In this document: positions 31,518 to 41,157 of the stretch, piece after piece | Layout of the letters: each line of letters begins with the position of its first letter | Numbering within the stretch: position 1 is the first letter of the stretch | Source: Candidatus Cloacimonadales bacterium | GTDB lineage: Bacteria; Cloacimonadota; Cloacimonadia; Cloacimonadales; JAIOQZ01 | Assembly: GCA_963665815.1 (NCBI GenBank) | Contig: OY762463.1 | Span: forward strand, 2,688,001 to 2,752,000 | Direction: 5' to 3' | Length of the DNA: 64,000 nt | Translations under genes and position numbers: made by a program | The notes under the pieces: model-generated | The model's input: the letters and a program-made list of their open reading frames with translations, nothing else | Database searches by the model: none | What the model was told of the DNA's origin: nothing

Positions 31518-32014
31518 TAGTTTCGGGCTTTTTGCATTCTTCCTCTTCTTCCAGCAGCAGGTCGGTTAGCGTGAAGTTTTTTAGCTGCTTCTCTCTGTTC
31601 AGGTGTCAAGATTTTGTAAATATCTTCATGAAGGGATATTCTTTTTTTGGCAATTTCAGCCTTTTTGTCGAAAATATTTCCGGTTAAAGACTTTGCTTTT
31701 GAGAAGTCTGCATCTTTCATTGCTTCATGCTTTTCAAGTTCCATTTTCTTTAAATCAGCTCTGAGATCAATCATTTCTTTTTTGTGTTTAATATTAAGAT
31801 CATCAATTTTATTTTGTTGATCTTCTGAAAGGTTGAGTTCTTTAAGGGCAAATCCAAATCCTTCACCATGTCTTTCTCCCATTCCTCTCTGGAAGTTATG
31901 ATGGCCATGTCCTCTTTCCATTTCTGCACAGCCACTTCCAACTTCAACTCCACCTATTGCCATTGCAGTAGTTGCTATAAGCATTATCGCGATAATCATT
32001 GTAATCGATTTCAT
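31517..32014 (-). CDS. Spy/CpxP family periplasmic chaperone
   Basis: Signal peptide; LNLSEDQ and ILTPEQ (LTxxQ) motifs; His/Gly/Met-rich N-terminus. Confidence 0.85.
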   Translation of the reverse strand: MKSITMIIAIMLIATTAMAIGGVEVGSGCAEMERGHGHHNFQRGMGERHGEGFGFALKELNLSEDQQNKIDDLNIKHKKEMIDLRADLKKMELEKHEAMKDADFSKAKSLTGNIFDKKAEIAKKRISLHEDIYKILTPEQREAAKKLHANRPAAGRRGRMQKARN

Positions 32015-32457
32015 TTTCGATTCCTCCTTTTGTTTTTATTATCTCTGATTTTTTTATTAAATCTTTCATTGAAGAACTCTTTGGCTTGTTCAGCAGTCAT
32101 TTCAGATCTGATTGTTATAAGATGTTCTCCAATACTTTTTTCCATTTCTGCTTGAATATTAAGTCCTTGCTGGAATATATATCTTGCTTTTTCAGGCGAA
32201 AAGTTTTCAGATACAAGTTCTTTCATAAATTCTCGTTTTTGCTTTCGATATTCAATCATTCTTTGTCTCGCTTCATGTTTTCCTTCTTCCATCATTTTGT
32301 CCAGACGCGGAGGGTGATGGTGATCTCTGAACTCGAAGCCATCCGGATGTCCAGGATGAGGTGGTCTGTTTTTAATGTGAATTATAGTTGATACGATAAA
32401 TGCAGCATTAAAGCTGATTGATATCAATAGAATAGTGTATAATATTGTCTTTTTCAT
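32011..32457 (-). CDS. Periplasmic heavy-metal-sensor-like helical protein
   Basis: ISISFN TM anchor, His/Pro-rich linker, MTAEQ motif; in ECF operon. Confidence 0.65.
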   Translation of the reverse strand: MKKTILYTILLISISFNAAFIVSTIIHIKNRPPHPGHPDGFEFRDHHHPPRLDKMMEEGKHEARQRMIEYRKQKREFMKELVSENFSPEKARYIFQQGLNIQAEMEKSIGEHLITIRSEMTAEQAKEFFNERFNKKIRDNKNKRRNRK

Positions 32458-32843
32458 TATTCTATTCCTCCAAGCAACGAAACATATGACTCTTGTCCAA
32501 GTGCCAGTTCATAGGTTTCTGAATCTTCGGTAGTTCTTAAGTCACCGAAATATACGCCACCCAGCAAGGCAATCATAACTGAGGCTGCCACTGCCAGACG
32601 ACTGAAAATATGGACTTTTCTTCTCGCTCCTGATGTCTGGGACAGTACTTTATTAACCAGAGAATCTGAGACAGCTTCAACTTCAAAATCATTAAGAAAC
32701 GCATTTACAGAAAGTATTTCGCTGAGTTCCTGTTGACATGCCGAACAGGTTTTCAGATGATCCTGAACTTCTGATGATTGTTTTTCATCAAGTTCATGAT
32801 CTGCGAATGCGTTTAATTTTTCTTTTACTTCTGAGCATCTCAT
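32457..32843 (-). CDS. Zinc-finger (zf-HC2) anti-sigma factor
   Basis: MRC...HLKTCSAC (HxxxCxxC) followed by TM helix. Confidence 0.88.
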   Translation of the reverse strand: MRCSEVKEKLNAFADHELDEKQSSEVQDHLKTCSACQQELSEILSVNAFLNDFEVEAVSDSLVNKVLSQTSGARRKVHIFSRLAVAASVMIALLGGVYFGDLRTTEDSETYELALGQESYVSLLGGIE

Positions 32844-32869
32844 CGTTCTCTCCTTTTTCTTATTTATAC

Positions 32870-33367
32870 TCATACAGTTTGAATTTCCTGCGAAATAATT
32901 TTCTTTAATTTCCTTTTTGCACGAATCAGCAAAGAATCTACGGCAGAAGCGGTTGAATCCATGATATCTGCTATTTCCTTATAGCTCTTCTTTTCGTAGA
33001 ACTGTAGATTAATTGCCTGACTTTCTCGTTCGGAAAGTTCCATCAGAGCTTTTCTTATTTTATCATTTTTGTTTTCTGCAACTCTTTCAGTATACATATC
33101 TTCATCTCCTGAAATGCTGTTATTGATAATATCCTGCTCTTTTTTCTTCTTTTTTGAAGAATGCTTATAGTAGTCAACAATTCTATTATGTGCAATTCTG
33201 TATATATAAGCTGACAGGGTCTTTTCGTCTACTTTGTCATATGACTTATACAAAGATACAAAAACGGATTGGAAGATATCTTCAGCATCTTCTCTATTCG
33301 ATACATTTCGGCTGATGTATCGGAAAATTTTGTTTTTGTATTCCTGAACAGCTTGCTCAAATTTCAT
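32870..33367 (-). CDS. ECF RNA polymerase sigma-70 factor
   Basis: DAEDIFQSVF, YIYRIAHNRIVDY, SYKEIADIM...VDSLLIRAKRKL; start at MKFEQ after GGAG. Confidence 0.92.
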   Translation of the reverse strand: MKFEQAVQEYKNKIFRYISRNVSNREDAEDIFQSVFVSLYKSYDKVDEKTLSAYIYRIAHNRIVDYYKHSSKKKKKEQDIINNSISGDEDMYTERVAENKNDKIRKALMELSERESQAINLQFYEKKSYKEIADIMDSTASAVDSLLIRAKRKLKKIISQEIQTV

Positions 33368-33472
33368 TCTTATATTACTCCTGCCGTGCATGAAAATACT
33401 CCAGAACACTGCAATTTTAAAAAACTTCAATATATAATACTTAATTTTTATTGATATCCTGCAATCTTTTAT

Positions 33473-33502
33473 TTGACAATTTTTGAAAATTTCAATTATA
33501 CT
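33473..33502 (+). promoter_or_regulatory. Sigma70-like promoter
   Basis: TTGACA (33473-33478), 18-bp spacer, TATACT (33497-33502). Confidence 0.6.
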
Positions 33503-33509
33503 ATCTTCT

Positions 33510-33664
33510 GAGAGCTTTGCATAATTGCACAATCAAGCAGCCAGGGAAAAGTATCGATGAGATTTTTGAATTCATCAAGAAATGTCTTCAGAGAAGTTCA
33601 TCTTTGAGTCAGTATTTGATGAATTCAAAAATTGAGTCAGCTACCCCAATAATGCAAAGATCTC
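33510..33664 (+). ncRNA. Candidate structured RNA (rod with central bubble; 6S-like architecture or 5' leader)
   Basis: Closing stem 33510-33527/33647-33664 (16/18 pairs) and perfect 17-bp inner stem 33562-33578/33616-33632; starts ~7 nt after a -10 box. Confidence 0.5.
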
Positions 33665-33693
33665 CTTATGACCGACATTGACAAGGAGAAAAT

Positions 33694-34800
33694 ATGTTCG
33701 CTGAGATTCTTTCTAAAGTAGTCTTTTTTCAGGGGTTGAATCCCAAAGAAATTGAAGATATCACAAGATTTTTTGAGAATATTGATTTCAAAAAAGGAGA
33801 TACAATATTTTCTGAGGGTGATTCCGGAGAAAGTTTATTCATTATTGTTGACGGAACAGTTGAAATTGCACTTGACCTTGAATCTGATTCTAAGGAACGG
33901 GCTGAACTGAGAGAATTCTCTTCCGGTGAGTACTTTGGAGAGATGGCACTGATTGATGATAAACCGAGATCTGCTTCAGCTGTTGCAGTTACTGATGTTA
34001 AAATGTTTTGCCTTGATAAGAATGATTTTCAGGCAATTTGTGTGAAATACCCGAAAATTCTGAATAATCTTGTAAAAACCATGTCATTCAGATTGAGAAC
34101 AACTAATGATCAGGTCGCAGATGTATTCAGTAAACTTCTCCATAAAAACAGACTTGCCGCTTTAGGTGCAACTGCCGGTAAAATAGTGCATGATATGAAA
34201 AATCCTATAGCATCTATTGTACTAAATGCGGATTTCATTCTTCAGAAGTATCCGGAAACTCAAAAATACATTGCCAGAATAATTGGTCAGACAGAATTCA
34301 TGAATTGCTTTGTTCAGGAGATTCTGGAATATGCCAGAGGTAGAATGATTCACCTGCAGATTGATAAAGTGCATCTTGACGACTTCTTTGAAACAATTAA
34401 AAACAATCTCCTTTATATGACTGAAAGAACAAACATCAAGATAAATGTTGATAACAAGATCAATAAAACTATTGCATTTGATGTGATGCGTATGAACAGG
34501 ACAATAACCAATATAGTTAAAAATGGAATTGAAGCTATTGGCATTAATGGAGAAATCAATGTAACTGCTGAAGAAAAAGAAGGCTTTGCGTTAATAAGGA
34601 TTTCTGATAACGGTCCTGGAATAAGTGATGAAATTATTGATAAAATATTCGATCCGTTCGTTACTCAGGAGAAACCAGAAGGTACCGGACTGGGGCTTGC
34701 CATTGCAAGAAAAATTATAAAAGACCATGGTGGAGATCTTATAGGATATAACAGCGATATTGGTGCTGTATTTGAGATTACAATACCTTTGAATCTATAG
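33694..34800 (+). CDS. Cyclic-nucleotide-binding domain histidine kinase
   Basis: GEYFGEMALIDDKPRSASA (cNMP), HDMKNP H-box, NGIEA, DNGPG, DPFVT, GTGLGL. Confidence 0.92.
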   Translation: MFAEILSKVVFFQGLNPKEIEDITRFFENIDFKKGDTIFSEGDSGESLFIIVDGTVEIALDLESDSKERAELREFSSGEYFGEMALIDDKPRSASAVAVTDVKMFCLDKNDFQAICVKYPKILNNLVKTMSFRLRTTNDQVADVFSKLLHKNRLAALGATAGKIVHDMKNPIASIVLNADFILQKYPETQKYIARIIGQTEFMNCFVQEILEYARGRMIHLQIDKVHLDDFFETIKNNLLYMTERTNIKINVDNKINKTIAFDVMRMNRTITNIVKNGIEAIGINGEINVTAEEKEGFALIRISDNGPGISDEIIDKIFDPFVTQEKPEGTGLGLAIARKIIKDHGGDLIGYNSDIGAVFEITIPLNL

Positions 34801-34945
34801 AGAACAAAGATAAATTACAATAAGTGTGTTAATTTTATGCTGCTTTAAGAAGGTTATTCCTATAAAGTTAAAGAAATTTCTTGCCATAAATGAGTTAGGT
34901 TTGTTTTTTGTCACAATTGAATAAACAAAAAAAAGAAGGTGAACC

Positions 34946-35137
34946 ATGTCAAGAGTATGTGATGTATGTGGAAAAGGCTCACAGGTTGGAAATCATAGAA
35001 GTCATGCAATGAATGCTAATAAAAGAAGATTTTATCCAAACCTTCAGAAAATTAAGGCAGAAATTGATGGTAAAGTTAAAGCTATCAAGATATGTACATC
35101 TTGCCTGAAAGCCAATAAAGTTAAAAAAGTTGTATAA
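34946..35137 (+). CDS. rpmB: 50S ribosomal protein L28
   Basis: [10 protein letters not shown]...GNHRSHA...RRFYPNLQ...CTSCLK. Confidence 0.97.
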   Translation: MSRVCDVCGKGSQVGNHRSHAMNANKRRFYPNLQKIKAEIDGKVKAIKICTSCLKANKVKKVV

Positions 35138-35160
35138 ATATTAACTATCACACTATTTTT

Positions 35161-35189
35161 AGGCTGTTGAATCTCAACAGCCTTTTTTT
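35161..35189 (+). terminator. rpmB terminator
   Basis: aggctgttga-atc-tcaacagcct followed by T-run. Confidence 0.85.
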
Positions 35190-35348
35190 ATGCTTTCCTT
35201 ATCTCTTAAATTCAATATGAGATCTTCACAAAATAGAATAATTAAGCAGCTTTAGCATAATGAAACAACTTTAAAAAACTATAAATGAGATTATAGACAT
35301 ACTTAACAGGATAGCCCTTTTTGGGTTAAATTGAATCAACTAAGCCAA

Positions 35349-36371
35349 TCATGCAAAGATCTCATTATAAACTTTTTCCATTAATTCAAAAACATCCATT
35401 CCGCTTACATAATTTTTTCTAAGCTTATGCAAAACTTCCGGGAACCAGACAAATCCGTCTCCATCTTCAAGAATTATGCAGGTATACATTTCTGCAGTCA
35501 TTTCAGTGATCTGATAAAGTAGATTTTCGTCTACATCCTGATACTTTTCATAAAATTTATTCCTGAATGGTAGAATATATCTGATTAGAAGTTCGTGCAG
35601 GACAAAATGTCTGAGATCCTCGTTTCTCCTGTTGAAATAGTGAAGATTCTTATCATAACCTAAATCCATGGCATCTGGACCATTCTCAATTGAAGAACAT
35701 AAAGATATTCTGAATTTGTCCTCATCAAAATCTGTGGCCGTTAATTCTGAAATCCTGTCAAAAGGATAGAATTGATTCAGGAAGATATTTAATGAATCAG
35801 CTTTGGATTGCAGTATTGTTTCTTGTTCTTCCCAGATATTCGTCAGATAAGAGTCGTAATTGTTGAGGATAACATCACAGATTTTTACAGAGTTTTCAAT
35901 ATCTTTCTCTGGTGCCGAATTGATTAATTCTGCTAAGTAACTATGGAAATCACCAAATTGTTTTCTGGCATAATCCAGATCAGAACTGTATTTTTCCTCA
36001 AACTTCTTCCAGTCCTGGTGCTCAAATACACATTTTAACTCATGGAAGTATTCATGGAAATCTTCATCTTCGAGGTTCATATAGCTTGGGAAAAAGATAA
36101 ACATCCACGCAAAATTGTACTGATACTGCGAAGGAATTTCTATCAGTTGAGATGAATTCTTCAGTAATTCTCTATCTTCTGAGGAAAGGCAGCTCTTGTA
36201 CTTCTCTGAATAGGAGTTATCATAACCAATATTTGTCACAGACAGAAGATGGAACAGATAATTAGGTGTTGATTCAGCACATACCTCAAATGATTTATCA
36301 AGTGCATTGTTCTTAGTCATGCATCCTCCCAGCAATAACAGTATTGTTAACAAACATATAATGATTCTCAT
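35349..36371 (-). CDS. Hypothetical lipoprotein
   Basis: Lipobox LGGC after hydrophobic signal; long ORF. Confidence 0.65.
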   Translation of the reverse strand: MRIIICLLTILLLLGGCMTKNNALDKSFEVCAESTPNYLFHLLSVTNIGYDNSYSEKYKSCLSSEDRELLKNSSQLIEIPSQYQYNFAWMFIFFPSYMNLEDEDFHEYFHELKCVFEHQDWKKFEEKYSSDLDYARKQFGDFHSYLAELINSAPEKDIENSVKICDVILNNYDSYLTNIWEEQETILQSKADSLNIFLNQFYPFDRISELTATDFDEDKFRISLCSSIENGPDAMDLGYDKNLHYFNRRNEDLRHFVLHELLIRYILPFRNKFYEKYQDVDENLLYQITEMTAEMYTCIILEDGDGFVWFPEVLHKLRKNYVSGMDVFELMEKVYNEIFA

Positions 36372-36510
36372 AATGTAGCCTCTTAGCCAGAGCAAAACAG
36401 GTTTAACTCATTTGTCAATCGTTATATCAAATCTTTGTATTGAACAAAAACTCCTTGACCATACAGACATGTATCGTAAGACTCCTTTATTAACAAGAAA
36501 AGGTGCACAG

Positions 36511-37698
36511 ATGAGTATTTTTGGAAAGAGGGCTTTAATGTCAATATTATGGCTTACCATTTTAATTCTATGCAATTGCAGTAAAGATGATACATGCAGA
36601 GTTATAGTAGATAATAATGGTGTTAAGCATTACTTGAATACAGGGATTCCGACTGACAAAAAGTTTAACGTGAAACTCAATAAAGTTGGAGAGATTAAAG
36701 GATATGATGAGTCAAATAATCCTGATACAACCTCATTCTATAATGTGAAGCAGATAATATTTGATGATATGGGATCAACTTATGTATCGGATAATTCTAC
36801 TCTGTCAATCAAGAAGTTTGACTCTGAGGGAAATATGTTAACGAGTTTTGTTAAATCAGGAAATGGTCCCGGTGAAGTCGATGGAGATATTGGGCATATT
36901 TACGTTGTGCAGGATACATTCTATCTGTCATTATTTTATGGAGTGATGAAGTTCACATTGGATGGAGAGTTTGTTAAAACCGACCAGGTTACAGGACTTT
37001 ACATTCCTGTTGCAACTTGTCTCAATGATTCTCTTTTATACGTTTCAGCTCTGGATCTTGATAAGAGAGGGGACGACAGACTAAAAGATAACTATTTAAT
37101 AGATAAGTGCATGATTACTGACAAAAATCTAAATGTCCGGGATACTCTGTTTTGCGGAGAACGAACTTTTTTGGAGGTTTTTGAGAAAGACACTGATCAG
37201 GGATTCTTTGCAGGAAAGATATCAACATTCAGTTCATCTGAGGTTTTTCTTGCTAAACGTAGTTTCAACAACTATGAAATTGATTGTTTTAATTTTAACG
37301 GCAGTCTGAAAAGTGTTATTGAGTTTCCTGCAAGCTTCTCTGAATATTCAGAATCAGAAAAAAACTATATAAAAACCAACTACGGCTATATTGCTCATAA
37401 TGATACCGGTAAACTTAATACTATGACAGAAAGTAAGGTTCAGATAGCCAGTTTGCATTATGATAAGGTGAATGATTACCTCTGGGTTGAGAAAGTTATG
37501 AATCTGGATGATCAGACAACAGAATTTGATATTTTCAAATCCGGTAAATACATTGGCAGTTTCACATATGGGATGACAGTAGAATCTTTTGAACCATTGA
37601 GAAACAAATCCTGGTTTATGATAAATGCTGGAAAACTGTATTTTTACGACAAAACGGAAAATGCAATTGATATATATGAGATAGGGTATCAATTGTAA
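36511..37698 (+). CDS. 6-bladed beta-propeller lipoprotein
   Basis: Lipobox LCNC; IKKFDSEG...GNGPGE NHL-like motif. Confidence 0.75.
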   Translation: MSIFGKRALMSILWLTILILCNCSKDDTCRVIVDNNGVKHYLNTGIPTDKKFNVKLNKVGEIKGYDESNNPDTTSFYNVKQIIFDDMGSTYVSDNSTLSIKKFDSEGNMLTSFVKSGNGPGEVDGDIGHIYVVQDTFYLSLFYGVMKFTLDGEFVKTDQVTGLYIPVATCLNDSLLYVSALDLDKRGDDRLKDNYLIDKCMITDKNLNVRDTLFCGERTFLEVFEKDTDQGFFAGKISTFSSSEVFLAKRSFNNYEIDCFNFNGSLKSVIEFPASFSEYSESEKNYIKTNYGYIAHNDTGKLNTMTESKVQIASLHYDKVNDYLWVEKVMNLDDQTTEFDIFKSGKYIGSFTYGMTVESFEPLRNKSWFMINAGKLYFYDKTENAIDIYEIGYQL

Positions 37699-37930
37699 AT
37701 AAATATTTTAGAATATATTAATAGTTTGTAAGCAGATTGTTGATAAAAGCACTTTATGCTATCAGATCTATGTATTATTACTGATGATTAAATAAAATTG
37801 TAAAGCTCAATCTATAATTTAATTGACAAATACTTTTAAAAATGTGTGTAATAGTCCATTCAGTGTCGAAATGCTGAAATCTTACTGATATCAGAACTTC
37901 TTAACAATTTAACATTTGCAAGGAAAAATT

Positions 37931-38494
37931 ATGAGCTCAAAAAAAATTAAAATATTTGCGGTTGTCAGTATAGTTATATCAATAATTTCTTTTTTCTTAC
38001 CATGGATAGGTGCAAAAGCAAAATCATACGGTCCAAATATGTTGAAGATTTCGTTTAAGCACCTCGATTTTGGAGATTTATCTTCCGATTTCATCATACT
38101 TGGTGTTGCATACATTGTTATATTGTTATTACCAACATTATTGTGTATTTCTAACTTATTATGTGTATTTAATAAAAGATCTTTCAAAAAAGCTATTCCT
38201 ATTTTGGCACTGATTGTATGGTTTGGGCTGATTGTAACAGTTGTAGCTAATAGTAGAGGGGGCATCTTCTCAAATGGATTCGGAATGTCACATATCAGCT
38301 CTGGAATTATTGGATCTCTCGTCAGTATGCTGCTTGTTACCATAATGTCTATAATGGGAAGCAAGAAGGAAGTTATGGTAACAGAGGAGTCTAATGAATT
38401 AATGAAAAGATGTCATAACTGTAACACTGTTCTTGAGAATGGTGCCCGTTTTTGTGTTGAATGTGGAAAGGCTGTGGAGACTTCAAATGAATAA
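37931..38494 (+). CDS. Membrane protein with C-terminal zinc ribbon
   Basis: About four TM segments; CHNC...ARFCVECG. Confidence 0.75.
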   Translation: MSSKKIKIFAVVSIVISIISFFLPWIGAKAKSYGPNMLKISFKHLDFGDLSSDFIILGVAYIVILLLPTLLCISNLLCVFNKRSFKKAIPILALIVWFGLIVTVVANSRGGIFSNGFGMSHISSGIIGSLVSMLLVTIMSIMGSKKEVMVTEESNELMKRCHNCNTVLENGARFCVECGKAVETSNE

Positions 38495-38867
38495 GAATAA
38501 TATTGTTTTGGTTGTATTGCTAATCGTTATTGGTTCAGGCTTTATGATCATGAGTTTTGTTAGAATGCAGCCTACTAAAGCTGAAAGGACAATTGGTATG
38601 ATTAACGATGTTGCGGAAAGTTTTGTAGGGGAAAGAATTAACTATCGAAGCAATATTAGCGGATCATCAATACTCCTGATGGTAATCGGTGCAGTATTAG
38701 TAGTAGTTGGAATTTTATTTGCTGTCAAAAACAAAAAAAACATACCTGAGATAAGCATATCAGAGACACGAAAAGAATTTTGCCCAAATTGTGGAAAACC
38801 ATTATCGGAAAATAATAAGTTCTGTGCGGCCTGTGGAGCAAACTTAGTAAAGGAGCATTTGATATAA
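38487..38867 (+). CDS. Membrane protein with C-terminal zinc ribbon
   Basis: Two TM segments; FCPNCG...KFCAACG. Confidence 0.75.
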   Translation: MNKNNIVLVVLLIVIGSGFMIMSFVRMQPTKAERTIGMINDVAESFVGERINYRSNISGSSILLMVIGAVLVVVGILFAVKNKKNIPEISISETRKEFCPNCGKPLSENNKFCAACGANLVKEHLI

Positions 38868-38882
38868 TTTTATTAAAAGTAA

Positions 38883-39809
38883 TCACTCCAGCACATATTT
38901 ATAAACAATCTGCCAGTATGTTGATACATAAAGCTCATTATCAATCAGGCAAGCACAGTTTATTCCGCTTTGCATTGGAGCTATCAGTTTATAATCCCGA
39001 AGCAGTTCTCCTGTGTCTGTGAATTCCAGAGCAAAACTGTATGAATCGTCTTTCGCTTCGTTAAGGTAGTAACCTGTTATTAAAAATCCATTGACCGTTG
39101 CATCAATAGATCGTATGCTTTTGGAAGATATATCAATCCAGTCCGGGTATTGGCAGTTAACAAGACGATGCTGACCTTTTTCAAGAATGCTGCATGTCTG
39201 CATCTGTGTATGAGCAAGATAAACTTTTTGATTTTTGAAATCACTCAGGTATTCTATAGCATTCATTTCATCCGGATTGAATCCGATTGCATTCTGGAAA
39301 TTTTTGTAAGTATCAAGAGTGTCCAGTGTTTCTCCATTGATTTTCACGAGATTTACTTCCGGGAATCGCATGTGAGTAAGTCCATATAGATTGTTTTTGT
39401 ATGAATCAATTTCAACAAGAAATCTATCAAGTTTATAATCATGAACATACTCCAGGTCTTTGGTAAAAACAACCAGTTTTCTTTGAGCAATATCATTTAT
39501 GTAGATGGAATCATTAGACAGGGTGAAAGACAAAGCTGAAGTGAGTTCGCCCGGTCCATTACCTTCACTGCCAATTTTTCCGGTTGATTCCAGGGATTTT
39601 CTGTCATAAACAAGCACGCAGTATTGACTTGCATCAAGCAGGTATATATTGTTCAGATCAGCATTGATTTCCACAATTCCCTGTAAATAATATTCATCTT
39701 GCTCCTGCCATCCGAGGGAATCAACAGGATTCAGCGATACGGTCTTGTTGGAGTTACAACCGAACAGGAACAGAATAACATACGACAGGAACCAGTATTT
39801 TAACTTCAC
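38883..39809 (-). CDS. 6-bladed beta-propeller lipoprotein
   Basis: Lipobox LFGC; IGSEGNGPGE. Confidence 0.75.
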   Translation of the reverse strand: MKLKYWFLSYVILFLFGCNSNKTVSLNPVDSLGWQEQDEYYLQGIVEINADLNNIYLLDASQYCVLVYDRKSLESTGKIGSEGNGPGELTSALSFTLSNDSIYINDIAQRKLVVFTKDLEYVHDYKLDRFLVEIDSYKNNLYGLTHMRFPEVNLVKINGETLDTLDTYKNFQNAIGFNPDEMNAIEYLSDFKNQKVYLAHTQMQTCSILEKGQHRLVNCQYPDWIDISSKSIRSIDATVNGFLITGYYLNEAKDDSYSFALEFTDTGELLRDYKLIAPMQSGINCACLIDNELYVSTYWQIVYKYVLE

Positions 39810-39812
39810 AAG

Positions 39813-40775
39813 TTAATCCTCCATTTTGAGTTTATAAACTACACTTGAAAATGCATCAGAAATTAATACGTAATCATCTCTGACATCAAGTACGGATAAT
39901 CCGGTAAGAATGTGGTCCGGAATATGGTATACCTTTACCAGATTCAGGTCATTGTCATAAACCTGCAGATATTCTACCATACCAAGGTGCTTTTTGTGTT
40001 CTGCAGAAGACTCTGTTTTAATAGCATCATCATTATCTTTATGCACTGCTATCAAATAGAGCTTGCATTCATATCCGTTGCAGGCAGAGATTTCGGAAAT
40101 ATCCTGATTTTTAACACATTTGAATGGTGTTAAACTACTGTCTGACACATTGAACATGTTGAATTCAGTATTATTCATCATTGTGAGGATGAGTTTATTG
40201 TCAAAAGCTCTGAAAAACTTGTAGTATTTTGACATTCCTTTATCTTCAATCATTTTCCCTATTTTTATGTCATGCAGTATACTGTCGTTTTTGATTTTGG
40301 ATATCTTCAGATCCGGTCTTTTGAAATAGTTCATCACATATAAGGTATCTTCCATAGACTGAATACAATATGGTAAAGGATATCTGAATGAATCTATGTA
40401 ATCGCCTTCAAGAGTGAACTTCTGGATTCTACTGTTTGCTGCATCACAGATATAGATTGTGTCGTTGGCAATACACAGATCAAATGCTACTTTGAATTCT
40501 CCCGGTCCACTGCCTTGCTTACCAAATGAACGAATATATTTAAAACTCTTGTAATCATATAAAGAAACACGTGATTGTTCAAGTATATAGATTATATTTT
40601 TATAAGATTTCACAGTTATAATATTCCCAATGACATTTTCTGCATTGTCATTCCAGTTCAGGGAGTCAACAAGCAGTATATTTCCCTCAAGTTTAGTTTC
40701 CTTTGAACAGGAAATGCACAAGCTTACTGTAAAAATGATTATTAAAGCAGTGGATAAAAGTATTGTTCTTTTCAT
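39813..40775 (-). CDS. 6-bladed beta-propeller lipoprotein
   Basis: Lipobox CISC; FGKQGSGPGEF, IYICDAANSRIQKFTLEG. Confidence 0.78.
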   Translation of the reverse strand: MKRTILLSTALIIIFTVSLCISCSKETKLEGNILLVDSLNWNDNAENVIGNIITVKSYKNIIYILEQSRVSLYDYKSFKYIRSFGKQGSGPGEFKVAFDLCIANDTIYICDAANSRIQKFTLEGDYIDSFRYPLPYCIQSMEDTLYVMNYFKRPDLKISKIKNDSILHDIKIGKMIEDKGMSKYYKFFRAFDNKLILTMMNNTEFNMFNVSDSSLTPFKCVKNQDISEISACNGYECKLYLIAVHKDNDDAIKTESSAEHKKHLGMVEYLQVYDNDLNLVKVYHIPDHILTGLSVLDVRDDYVLISDAFSSVVYKLKMED

Positions 40776-41157
40776 ATATAATGTTCTCCTTACTATATAA
40801 TAGTTGTCAGGTACAACTTTTTGAAACGTTCTGGATGTGCAGTATACACTTGATTCTGCCCTTAATATAGACTTAAATTACCTTATAACCAGATATAAAA
40901 TATTGATATAATGAATATTCTGTCAATGTACTATTTTGTTTTTTGAATTTATACAGGATTCCATTAAAACAGCAGTAATAGCAACAATCAGATCAAATTA
41001 ACTAAATTTGATATTTCTTCATTTTACTAATGGCTTTAGTTTCTGAATATTGCACAGTATTAATATATAAAATATATTATTTCAATAAATAACACTTGCC
41101 ATGAAAAACTAATTATAATATATAAGTTTACCATATACCCATTAAAGGAGCACGTAC

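Noticed and set aside
33368-33532. N-terminal extension of the ECF sigma factor in the ORF track
   Set aside because: It runs through the divergent promoter; the ATG at 33367 has a proper RBS
33510-33664. Retron msr-msd, SRP RNA or c-di-AMP riboswitch
   Set aside because: No reverse transcriptase nearby; AAGCAGCC lacks the SRP CAGG...GGAA context; GTCAGCTACCCC lacks the rest of the ydaO motif
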